Of a stretch of DNA of 64,000 nt, positions 11,327 to 20,878 are shown piece after piece. The stretch spans positions 4,736,001-4,800,000 of the forward strand of contig CAVWVQ010000003.1 of assembly GCA_963758525.1 (NCBI GenBank), in the 5' to 3' direction. The position numbers were made by a program, and so were the translations under genes. This DNA is from an uncultured Phycisphaerales bacterium (GTDB taxonomy: Bacteria; Planctomycetota; Phycisphaerae; Tepidisphaerales; Tepidisphaeraceae). How positions within the stretch are numbered: the stretch's first letter is position 1; each line of letters begins with the position of its first letter. The notes beneath the pieces are model-generated. The model was not told the origin of the DNA, ran no database searches, and saw nothing but the letters and a program-made list of their open reading frames with translations.

Positions 11327-12373
11327 TTACGTCTTCACCACCGGCTCGCGAATATTCACCCAGGTGTGCACGTGGGGGGCGCCGCGGAAGTACCAGATCA
11401 TGGAGGGGCCTTCGACTTGCCAGAGGTCCCACACGCCGTCGTTGCCGATGTCGTCGTTTTTGAAGAAGGAGAGGTGAAGCTGATCGAATCCGCCGTCTTC
11501 GATCAGCTTCATGGCCTTGTCACTGTCGGCCTTGCGGAAGGGGGCCAGCAGATCGGCCATCACCTCGCGCATGAGTCCCTTCTGATCGTGTGCGAGATCT
11601 GCCACGGGCATTCCCCGGATCTCGCTTCCAGAGGCGCTCAAAGCGACGGTTTTCGTCCCCTGTTCGCGGCGCGGGTCGTTGCGAAGGGCAATGGCGCGCT
11701 GCTTGCCATCCAGAGCCTGATAGAGGGCATTGGCGCGAAGTGCCTGATACCAGTAGATATTGCCGGGGTGCTTGGCGGATTCATCGAATCCCTCTGCGGC
11801 GTGACCGTAAAAGATCGGCCCGCCAAACGCCACGCCTTTAACGGAGTTCCCATCGCAACGGCGGGTCACGTGCCGCCCGGTCAGGACAAATTCAAAGTCT
11901 GACTCGCCGGGCTTCCCGAAGACGGCCACGGCACAACCTCCGAACCCGCCGACTTCTTCATTGTCGTGTTCGACCTGTTTCATCACCTGCGGGGCATACT
12001 CCTCGCTGTGCATGTCGAGAAAAATCTGCCGGACCATTGCCTGCTGGTCGGGCGTCAGTAACTTCGCGATGCTTTTCCCAGTGATCATCCAGTTGTTGTT
12101 CACCTTGCTTCGAAGCGGATCGTCAAAGCCGAACGCGATCGATTGCCTCTGATCCCCGGTGAGCGTTTTGTAAAACGTCTGCACCAGCGTCTCGGCCTCC
12201 GATCCCCCGTCCGGGGCGGTCGTGAGAGACTGCGCGGGAATGCCCGCCAGCAATCTCGCCGGGCGGGCCAGGGTTGCCGCTGCTGCCATGCCGATGCCGG
12301 CGCGGATCACCGCGCGGCGCGTCGGGGCGCAGTCGGGACAGGAACGCTCAGATTGGTCTTTGTCTGGTTGCAT
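11327..12373 (-). CDS. Tat-exported DUF3500 family protein
   Basis: TRRAVIRAG twin-arginine signal; GRHVTRRCDGNS, FGGPIFYGH, RGAPHVHTWVNI. Confidence 0.75.
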   Translation of the reverse strand: MQPDKDQSERSCPDCAPTRRAVIRAGIGMAAAATLARPARLLAGIPAQSLTTAPDGGSEAETLVQTFYKTLTGDQRQSIAFGFDDPLRSKVNNNWMITGKSIAKLLTPDQQAMVRQIFLDMHSEEYAPQVMKQVEHDNEEVGGFGGCAVAVFGKPGESDFEFVLTGRHVTRRCDGNSVKGVAFGGPIFYGHAAEGFDESAKHPGNIYWYQALRANALYQALDGKQRAIALRNDPRREQGTKTVALSASGSEIRGMPVADLAHDQKGLMREVMADLLAPFRKADSDKAMKLIEDGGFDQLHLSFFKNDDIGNDGVWDLWQVEGPSMIWYFRGAPHVHTWVNIREPVVKT

Positions 12374-12718
12374 CGAGTCCTCGGTTCGTTTCTGCTTATT
12401 CTAACCATCGGGCGCCCCGTTGCGTTGCCGTCGCTGCGGAAATTTACTGGCGGATATTAGTTGCGGCACCGGAGTCATCGTCGGTCGAAATTCTTCGCCT
12501 TCCTCGTCCTTCCACCCGCACTCACGATAAATGTGGAATCTGCAAGGCGAACATGGATAATTCACATTGACCGAACCATTGCGATATGCGGCGTCGCGCC
12601 TTCATCTGTTCCCCAAGGGCGCTGGAAATCGAGGAGACACTTGGACTGAATTGCTATTTTCGTGTCTTTTGCGTTTTTTTTTGTGGCCACTCCCTTCTGA
12701 ATTTATTTGAGGCTGCCT

Positions 12719-15700
12719 ATGCGGTTCACAGCCTGGTGCGTATCTGCGATCGCGTCGCTGTTGACTTCCTCCGCCTTTGGAGACGGCGCTCCCGCTCGCG
12801 GGTGGGTGGATTTGGGGGGATCGACGTTTGAGAACTGGTCGGGCGTCACGCCTGCACCGGACGGTTCCGCGAGCTTTGCGGTTCCGGGAAGCGCCGCATT
12901 CAGATTTCCCGACGGTCCGCGCGGGTTCTACAACCATGGCTTTCGCATCGAGAACGACGGCACTGTCGATTTCAAGCCGTACTTTGGCGTCCGTTGTGAA
13001 GTGCGGTTGCCAGACGTGCGCCAGGCGGAGTTGACCTTCGGCGTCTTCGAAGCCCGCCCCAAGAAGGCGGACCGTGAACAATCGGCGGTCATGCACGTGA
13101 TCGGCCAAGGGTGGCACACGATCACGCTGCCATGGTCAGCCCTGCAGTTTCCCCAGGCGGGCGAGGGGTTCCTGAAGTATGGCAAAGGGGTCAAGATCGA
13201 AGCGGCATTTTCGGATGGTTCTGGCAACGGGCAAATCGCCATCCGAAATGTTCGGCTGATCAAAGCGCCGACGGTTGCGATCGAGTCGGTGATTCGCGGG
13301 AAGAGCGCGCCGTCGGGGCAGACGGCCGAGTATTCCGTCCAGCTCACCAACTGCACGGATCAGCCGCAATCCGTCGCGCTGTCGATGGTGAAATACGGAT
13401 GGGAGTCGATGACCGCGGCGGTGGAGCCGCAGTCGCTTCAACTGGCTCCGGGTGAAATGCAGACGATCAGGCTACGGGTGACCGTCAGCCCGCGCGTCCC
13501 TCCCGGCGGCCACGAACGCCAGGTGCTTCTGGCGACGGCCAATGGTGATGGAAGCACCTCAAGAGAACTGTCGTTCATCACCACATGCGAGTTGCCGCAT
13601 CCCTACGTCCTGCATACGGCGGCGCGTTGGGGCGAGGTGCGCGCGAAGGTTGCGCGGTTCGCCTGGGCGAAGGATGCGCAGGAGGGTTACCTCGCGGCGG
13701 CGGCAAAGTGGATTGTGCCGGAGGTCGCGAAGCCTCCCAAGAATGACCCCGATGACAATTTCGGCCCATTCCTGTTTGCGACGGGCAATGAGAATGATTT
13801 GCTGGCGTGCGCCTACTCCTACGAGCTGACGGGCAATCAGAAATATGCCGAGAAGGTCGCGACCTTTCTGCGGCGGCTTTCCAATCCCGTCGACGGCTAT
13901 CCGAAAACATTTCGCGCCTGTAATCAGAGCCTTGTGCAGGAGGGGCACTTTTTCCAGCACATCGCGATGTGTTACGACATCATTCTGAGTTCGGGCGCGT
14001 TAAGCGACGCCGATCGCGCCCAGATCGATGCGACACTTCGGCTGCTGATGGAAACGATGGACCGCGAGAACCAAAACGGCGCGATCAGCAATTGGAATCT
14101 CTCGGAAGTCACCGGAGCTTTCTACTGTGCTCTGACATTGCAGGATCTTGCCAGTGCCGAGCGATTCTTCTCCGGTCCCGGCGGGATCGTCGATCAGCTG
14201 GCGAAGGGAACGATGGACGACGGGTGGTGGTATGAATGTTCGATCAGTTACAACCTGTGGTGCGCCAGTGAATTCACTCAGGCCGCGATCGCTTATCAGC
14301 CGTTTGGGGTGAATTTCAAAGACATGTGGGTGCCGGCAAGCTATGCCCCCGCCGCCCTGCTGCGATCGGAGCTCAATGGAGGCAACGCGGTCATCAGCCC
14401 CGATCCCGCGATGAAGGACAAACCGTTTGGCATGGATCCGAGCTTGTACGGGCCGACGCTGCGACCGTATCGGACGATCACCGATCTTTGGAACAGCATG
14501 CTGCCGTTTATCGACTATCGCGGCGTGATGTTTGGCGTGAATGATTCGGCGGAAAACAACGTCACGGGCGGCCGCAAGGAAGTGAGCGGCCAGCCATTCG
14601 AGCTCGCGTACTACGCGTTTCACGACCCGAGATATGCGACGCTGATCAAGCTCGGGGACGGCAAGCGCGATCTTCTCTATGCCGTCCCGGACCTGCCCGA
14701 AAAGACCCCCGAGCAATATCGCGACAATGCGTACGCCGACAACGTCGGGCTGGTGATGCTGCGCTCGCAGACCGAAAGCCGCCCAATCCGCGAGCAGATC
14801 CAGGCGGTGCTTCACTACGGCACGCACGGCTGGGCGCACGGCCACTACGACCGAACCGATCTGCTCTCGCTCATGCGCTATGGCCGAAGCTTTTGGAATC
14901 CCGAATCAGTTTTCTATGTGTATGAACCATTCATGTACAAGTTTTTCACGCAGACATCCGTGAACCACAACATGGTCGTGGTGGATCAAAAGATGCAGGA
15001 AGCCACCCCCGGCCGGCGGCTGTTATTCCACGGCGGCAAACTGATGCAGGCGACCGTCGTGGAGGACGTCGCGCGCTGGTCGAATCCGCCGTACGGCGGG
15101 ATGGTCTATGACTACGTGCCCGTGAAATCGTTCGCGGAGAAAACCTGGCGCGAGGGGCGGTACGTTCCGATTCCCGCAAATCCGCCCGCCTACGGGACGA
15201 TGACCGACTTCACAGAGCCGATTCTCCAGCGCCGGCTGATGATCGTCACCGACGACTACGTCGTGCTTGCCGATTACGTAAAGGGGGACAAGCCGCACAC
15301 CTTTGACGACCTCCTGCAGCTCAAGGGATTCCAAAGTCTCGACGCGACGGGGAAAACATTCCTGCGGCACGATGCGCAGTGGACGACCGATGCGCTCAGC
15401 AGCGGGCAATTCGTGACGGACTGCAACTGGTTTAGTGCGGCTGCCCCGAGCGTTGCCCGATTTGAGGAGCGATGGGGAAAGGGCGCCGACGAGGAAGGAA
15501 GCCGATCGGTTGGCAATGAGCCCGGCGTCCTCAAGCTCGACGTGCATACGCTCTGGCCGCCGGTGCAGCAGATCATGGTGGCGACCGCGCCGGAGCAGCA
15601 CGACGTCGAGAAGCGGCTTTTTTACACGGTGCGCGGCGACGGCAAAACGCTGGCCGAGGGGAAGTTTGGCGCGTGGATTTTGGGCGAGGGCGACGTCGAC

Positions 15701-16300
15701 GTGCCGCTGAAGGGAGTCAAGGAACTGGAGCTGCAAACCAGGACCGAGTTGTCCAGGCGGCCGACTCTCTTCTGGGCCGGCGGCGTCATCACCACCCAGG
15801 ACGGCAAGGAGATTCCTCTCTCGCAATTGCCGTTGAAATATGAAAACGTGACGCCTGCCAAGAGCCCCGGCGCCGACTATCTCGGCGGCCCGGTGAAGAT
15901 CGCGGGCAACGCCTATGCCGACGCGGTTCCCGCCGAGCCGAAGGATGCCACGCTTCCCGGCCGGGTGCTCGTGGATCTGTCGGGAATTTCAGCCGTGCGG
16001 TTCAAGACCGTCGTCGGCAGCGATTATCCGCCGGGCGACGAGTCGCAGCGGCGAAAGACCTATGCCGTTCGCGCCCAGGGAACCAGCGCGCTGTTTGTCA
16101 CGATCATCGAGCCCTACGAGCAGACGCCGGTGATCCGCTCGGCCGTCGCGACGGCGGCCGATCATCTGCGCGTCGAATTGCAGGATGGAAGGGTTCAGGA
16201 GATCGAAATTCAGAACATGGAGGGAGACGGACACGATATCGCCGTCAAGCTGATCGACGCGCGAGGCGGAAATACTCGCAGCGAATTGGCAGCCGAATGA
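12719..16300 (+). CDS. Secreted alginate-lyase/heparinase II/III-like polysaccharide lyase
   Basis: Signal peptide; ISNWN, DDGWWYECSISYN, HGWAHGHYD, HNMVVVD motifs. Confidence 0.75.
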   Translation: MRFTAWCVSAIASLLTSSAFGDGAPARGWVDLGGSTFENWSGVTPAPDGSASFAVPGSAAFRFPDGPRGFYNHGFRIENDGTVDFKPYFGVRCEVRLPDVRQAELTFGVFEARPKKADREQSAVMHVIGQGWHTITLPWSALQFPQAGEGFLKYGKGVKIEAAFSDGSGNGQIAIRNVRLIKAPTVAIESVIRGKSAPSGQTAEYSVQLTNCTDQPQSVALSMVKYGWESMTAAVEPQSLQLAPGEMQTIRLRVTVSPRVPPGGHERQVLLATANGDGSTSRELSFITTCELPHPYVLHTAARWGEVRAKVARFAWAKDAQEGYLAAAAKWIVPEVAKPPKNDPDDNFGPFLFATGNENDLLACAYSYELTGNQKYAEKVATFLRRLSNPVDGYPKTFRACNQSLVQEGHFFQHIAMCYDIILSSGALSDADRAQIDATLRLLMETMDRENQNGAISNWNLSEVTGAFYCALTLQDLASAERFFSGPGGIVDQLAKGTMDDGWWYECSISYNLWCASEFTQAAIAYQPFGVNFKDMWVPASYAPAALLRSELNGGNAVISPDPAMKDKPFGMDPSLYGPTLRPYRTITDLWNSMLPFIDYRGVMFGVNDSAENNVTGGRKEVSGQPFELAYYAFHDPRYATLIKLGDGKRDLLYAVPDLPEKTPEQYRDNAYADNVGLVMLRSQTESRPIREQIQAVLHYGTHGWAHGHYDRTDLLSLMRYGRSFWNPESVFYVYEPFMYKFFTQTSVNHNMVVVDQKMQEATPGRRLLFHGGKLMQATVVEDVARWSNPPYGGMVYDYVPVKSFAEKTWREGRYVPIPANPPAYGTMTDFTEPILQRRLMIVTDDYVVLADYVKGDKPHTFDDLLQLKGFQSLDATGKTFLRHDAQWTTDALSSGQFVTDCNWFSAAAPSVARFEERWGKGADEEGSRSVGNEPGVLKLDVHTLWPPVQQIMVATAPEQHDVEKRLFYTVRGDGKTLAEGKFGAWILGEGDVDVPLKGVKELELQTRTELSRRPTLFWAGGVITTQDGKEIPLSQLPLKYENVTPAKSPGADYLGGPVKIAGNAYADAVPAEPKDATLPGRVLVDLSGISAVRFKTVVGSDYPPGDESQRRKTYAVRAQGTSALFVTIIEPYEQTPVIRSAVATAADHLRVELQDGRVQEIEIQNMEGDGHDIAVKLIDARGGNTRSELAAE

Positions 16301-16600
16301 AAGACGCAGATGCCGCGGCGTCCGCAATTTGACCCTGCCCGGGATTGACTAAATCGGTCACATTTGGAGATAATTGAGCAGGCGTATTGTGATCTGAAAA
16401 CATCGGCTAATTTATCGGTCTTTTGCGGTCGTCAGCAGGCCAGGCATCTTCGGGCTTCATGCCCCTTGTGCTGCGGCTGTGGTTTGGAATGCGACTTTCC
16501 CATCTGTCGATTTAGCTCGTCGGGCAGTACATTGACCAGCCGTGCAGTTTAAGACATATAATGCTCGAAACTCGGGCGACAAAGCTCAACAAAGGGCCAT

Positions 16601-16972
16601 ATGACACGTGATTTCAATCGTGGCGAACCGCTTCCGCGTCGGCATGGACTTCCGCCCACAGGAAATTCCCTGAACCGGCCGCAACGGCCCGGTCGTCCCA
16701 TCCGGCCGCGCCCAAGCGCACCGCCAAAGCGCGCGAAGGGGCCGGCAGTCATCCCCGCGGAGGTGCCGACGAGCAACAAGCAGCGTCGGCGCATGCTGAA
16801 GGCGGCTGCGGGACGGCTGGCGGCGCTGGTACACACCACGCCCGCTTCAATCCTGGCCGCGGATGCCGAGACGCTCAAGGTCATGCTTCACAAGCTGGTC
16901 AGCGGCCCGGTTCGCGACAGCCGGTTTGGCGACGCGCAACGCCTTGCCAAGAAGATCATTCGACTGCGATGA
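16601..16972 (+). CDS. Hypothetical protein
   Basis: ATG-started 123-aa ORF in otherwise empty space; no recognised motif. Confidence 0.4.
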   Translation: MTRDFNRGEPLPRRHGLPPTGNSLNRPQRPGRPIRPRPSAPPKRAKGPAVIPAEVPTSNKQRRRMLKAAAGRLAALVHTTPASILAADAETLKVMLHKLVSGPVRDSRFGDAQRLAKKIIRLR

Positions 16973-17146
16973 ATGCCACAGCGCGGCAGTGCAGCCCGCC
17001 AGCCCGTCCTGTTACAGGCCGCTTAAACGCTTGGCGCGAATCGGTTGCGTGTTGAGGCGCGGTCTGAAGCAGCAGACGTGTTTCTCGCGCCGCATCGAGG
17101 CAGACTTCTGTTCAGAGCCCGTTTCTGAACCCTAAGGCGTTCCGTC

Positions 17147-17263
17147 ACCTGTTTAGCCGTGCCGCGCAGCGAAGCGCGTCCGAGAGCGCGTACTGACAGA
17201 TTGCGTCAAACTGGCGGAAAACGCCGCTGGACGCGCTTCGCTGCGCGGCGCGGCTAAACAGGT
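17147..17263. repeat. REP/MITE-like inverted repeat element, copy 2
   Basis: 35-bp arms (17147-17181 and 17229-17263, 1 mismatch) ACCTGTTTAGCCG.., 47-nt spacer, same family as 1761-1869. Confidence 0.85.
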
Positions 17264-17759
17264 TCTGAAACCGCCTCTCAGCCAGCGGGCGTGGTACACG
17301 CTTGGGCACCAGGATTGCAGAGGTGCCGTGCGGTGTGTGAAGGTCAACCGCTTTACGTGGTGCAAGCCGACTGACAACGCGTACCACATTCCCAGGAGCT
17401 TCGCGGTCGGGAAGCATTTGGGCAGCGCCTGGCGGATGATCCGCAAAAGCACATCGTACGACCTCGCCCTTCGATTCGATCATTCCTTTTCCCTCCGTGA
17501 AATCGTCAAGGCAGATGAACTGTTTGGCAGCCGCAAAGACGGCGTGTTGAACGTTGCGGTGCGCCCTGAATAGGAGATCCACCTACGCAACCCCCGAATT
17601 ATGCCTGCTGGAGAATTGTGAGAGCCCCTGATTCACGGCGTCGTGGGGTTCGACAATGATCGTATTCAGAGGGAGCTGCTAATCAGCAGGCTGTAATGAC
17701 CCCTTCTGCGCTTCCGCATCGGGTCCCTGTGCAAATGGACTCGCGATAGAGAGTATTTT

Positions 17760-19044
17760 ATGAGCATTAACAGAGTGCAGCGGGTTGCGGTCATCGGCGC
17801 CGGGCCCATCGGTCTGGAGGCGGCGCTGGAAGCGCGGCTGGCCGGTCTCGATGTTGTCGTAATGGACACCAAGGCAGTTGGCGCCAATGTTTCGGCGTGG
17901 GGATTCGTCGAAATGTTCACGCCATGGGTGCTCAACACCACTCCGCTCGGCCGAGCTGCGGCAGGCGATTCGCCGATCCTCTCGTCGCCGGACCTCACAC
18001 CCACGGGCAACGAATTTGTCGATCGCTACCTGTGGCCGCTATCACAATGCGATGCTCTGCAGGGGTGCATAGACACTGGCGTGCGCGTTTTCGCCGTGGG
18101 TGCGGACGTCGCGTCGAACGGCGGGGACTCTTCGCCTGAATCTGGCTGCGGGAGCGGGCGCCCGCGGTTCAACTTGCTGGTTTCCGACCGATTCGGTGTC
18201 GATCAAAAGGACCACGCCGATGTCGTGCTGGATTGTTCGGGAACCTATGGCCACTCCCGTTGGACCGGCAGGGGAGGAATTCCCGCCATGGGAGAATTGG
18301 GTGTCAAGGAGAGCATTTGGTACGCCGTTCCCGACGTGCTCGGCAACGATCGTGCCCGCTTTGCCGATCGCCATACGCTGCTGATCGGCACCGGCACTTC
18401 GGCTGCCACGATTCTGATGAATCTGGCACGGTTGGTCGATATCGCGCCGCAGACTCGCGTCACCTGGGTGTTTCATCGTTGGGGGAAGTTGCTTAAGCAA
18501 CTCGATGAGGATCCGCTGCGCCCGCCGCCTGCTTGGAGAGAAGACATTGCGTCTGACGGCCTCGCCGCCGGCATGGCTGACATTGATCGAGGGCGCCGAA
18601 GTGGAAAGAATCTCCGGCGAACGGGGAATGGTCGTGGGGCTTCGGCTGGGAAATCAGCAGCTGCGCTGCCAGGCAGATGAAATCATCGCGGCCGTGGGAT
18701 ACCGGCCCGACGGTGAAATCTTTGCTCCTCTGGGCAGTCATCCCAGCTACGCCAGCGCTGTTGAAACGTACGACTCCGTCGAGACCGAACTGCTCGCGCA
18801 CTCTCCGGCCGTCGGCTCGTCCGGCGAGGGGGAACGTGTCGTTACCGTCGTGCCCGGCTGTTACGTTCTGGCGCAAAGAGCTACGGGAATAACAGCAATT
18901 TCCTGTTGCGCAGGCCATCGGCAGGTGCGAGATGCGTTGCGGGCTATTTTGGGCCAGGGCATCATGCCTCATCGGAGCCCTCCGCTTCATTTTTGCAGGA
19001 GCTTCGTAAATGCCATCAAAGCTGGACCACGTCACAGCCAATGA
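17760..19044 (+). CDS. FAD-dependent oxidoreductase/flavoprotein monooxygenase-like protein, frameshifted near 18520
   Basis: VAVIGAGPIGLEAA FAD motif, DCSGTYG, LIGTGTSA; continues in a second frame (IIAAVGYRPD). Confidence 0.7.
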
Positions 19045-19570
19045 GAAATGGACGACCGGTGCAGGGCGCGCGGTCGTGATTCGCGGCATTCGCGGCGATG
19101 ACGAAGAGGCGTTGCGCGCGTTCCATCGTTCTCTCTCGCCGGAGAGCGTCTACACACGATATTTTAACACTGTGAAATTAAACGCCCGCATCGCTCATGC
19201 CCGGCTGGAGCGAGTTTGTCATCCATCGCCAGAAAGTGAAACAGTGCTCGTCGTCGAAACGAAGGAGGAGGAAAAAAGGGGAAACACGGAGATTATTGCG
19301 GTCGGTCGGCTATCGATCAGCAGCGACTGTCGTATCGGCGAAGTCGCCGTCGTTGTGAGCGATGCTTTCCAGCGGCAGGGTGTCGGCCGTGAGCTGATGC
19401 GCCGGCTGATCGCCGATGCACGCGAACGACGCCTCGACCGGCTGGTTGCATATATTCTTCCCACCAACGTTTCGATGCAGCGTCTTTGCGAAAACGCCGG
19501 AATGCACCTCTGTGGCAGCGGTGTCAACGGTGCAGAACTGACAGCCATTCGGGAGTTAAGCACTCCTTGA
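19010..19570 (+). CDS. Stand-alone GNAT N-acetyltransferase resembling the GNAT domain of Pat/acyl-CoA synthetase fusions
   Basis: LSPESVYTRYF, EVAVVVSDAFQRQGVGRELM (QxxGxG), ILPTNVSM. Confidence 0.85.
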   Translation: MPSKLDHVTANEKWTTGAGRAVVIRGIRGDDEEALRAFHRSLSPESVYTRYFNTVKLNARIAHARLERVCHPSPESETVLVVETKEEEKRGNTEIIAVGRLSISSDCRIGEVAVVVSDAFQRQGVGRELMRRLIADARERRLDRLVAYILPTNVSMQRLCENAGMHLCGSGVNGAELTAIRELSTP

Positions 19571-19597
19571 CAGGTAAATCGTTCCAGGTCGGATCGA

Positions 19598-20119
19598 TCA
19601 CACCTCATCGGCCATCTTGGCTTCTTCCCGCAGGATAGTGGTAACGAACCGGCACTCCAGTTCAGCCGGTTCGATCGATTTGTGCAACTCGCACGCCGCG
19701 GCGGCGACTGCACAGAGCATCGAAAGCATTCCCAACACAAACAGCGGCACCGCAACATACACCGCAGTCGGAAGCAATGTCGCCAGACCGAGCGTCAGGC
19801 AGCAAGCAATCAAAAGGCCGATGGTCAGCAGCAGGAAAAACAGCGTCAGGCGGATCAATTTCGCCCGGCGGGTCACGTGAAGGGTCTGCAGTTCCAGAAA
19901 GTCCAGCAGCTTGCGACGCTGCTGTGACTCGAAGCTCTCATCGTCGGCTTCCTGCAAGAGCCGCCGTTCATGAAGGCGCTCGCGCTGGAACGTCCGCAGC
20001 CGGGAAATAATCGCAGCCATTCTGTTGTAAAACGCCAGACACAGCAGTCCGCACGCGGAGATGATCACAACGGGTACAACAGCCGAGTTGACCACCTTCG
20101 TTAATTCGGACAACAACAT
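19598..20119 (-). CDS. DUF2721-like membrane protein
   Basis: VVPVVIISACGLLCLAFYNR..RLR N-terminus and three hydrophobic helices. Confidence 0.7.
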   Translation of the reverse strand: MLLSELTKVVNSAVVPVVIISACGLLCLAFYNRMAAIISRLRTFQRERLHERRLLQEADDESFESQQRRKLLDFLELQTLHVTRRAKLIRLTLFFLLLTIGLLIACCLTLGLATLLPTAVYVAVPLFVLGMLSMLCAVAAAACELHKSIEPAELECRFVTTILREEAKMADEV

Positions 20120-20499
20120 ACATCACTGCTCCCTGGCAATCCGAGGCGAAAGTTGCGCGGGTACCTCGGCGAAGGACTGACCAGCCCGCATCCTCTACTG
20201 CATCGGCACGCGATCCCATCGGGAATCACCGCCTTTACACCATCAGGCACACGCGCCTGGCGAAACCTTCCACCCTTACTACCGCCATAGAGGATTCTCC
20301 TAGGTCCGCCAGCGGCATCGAACCTACTTTCGAACCGGGGCGATGCCTGATTGTTGCGACAGGTCGCAAGCCCGATATTCCTCTGGAATTCGTGAGCGCA
20401 TCCACGCTTCAACCTGCTCCTGGCGTTCGCGCTCTACGCCGGGAGATTTGGGGAGATGGCCGACCTCTACCGCAACTTTTTCCGATGGATCAGCGCGGG

Positions 20500-20672
20500 G
20501 CTCGGCGTCATCGCTGGCTTACAACTTGGTCGCGGGCGCACTGGCTGCCGCCGGAAAGATGAGCCCTCTCACGGCCGCCGTATTGATGCCGATCAGTTCG
20601 GGAAGCGTGCTGGCCTGGGCGGTATTGTCCATTCGATCCATTGGCTCTTCCAAGCCAGTTAGCCGGGAGTGA
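20500..20672 (+). pseudogene. C-terminal remnant of a heavy-metal P-type ATPase (CcoI/FixI-like); start approximate
   Basis: SLAYNLVAGALAAAGKMSPLTAAVLMPISS matches the P1B-ATPase YN..P.AA..M..SS helices; lies immediately upstream of ccoS; rest of gene absent. Confidence 0.65.
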
Positions 20673-20676
20673 TGGG

Positions 20677-20832
20677 ATGAGCGTGCTATTCATTGTGGTG
20701 CCGCTGGCGATCATCGTTGCCGCGATCTTTCTCACCGCGTTCATTGTGTCGGTTCGTCGCGGACAATACGACGATCTCGACACGCCTCCGGTGCGGATGC
20801 TCTTTGACAACGAGCCGGAGAATCGCCCTTAA
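20677..20832 (+). CDS. ccoS: cbb3-type cytochrome oxidase assembly protein CcoS/FixS
   Basis: MSVLFIVVPLAII..SVRRGQYDDLDTPPVRMLFD signature. Confidence 0.85.
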   Translation: MSVLFIVVPLAIIVAAIFLTAFIVSVRRGQYDDLDTPPVRMLFDNEPENRP

Positions 20833-20878
20833 ACCAGCGGCATTGCCCTATGCGACGTTTGAACAAATAAGCAAATCG

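Noticed and set aside
17328..17700. Short ORF or structured RNA after the REP element
   Set aside because: No recognisable motif, cloverleaf or convincing coding signal
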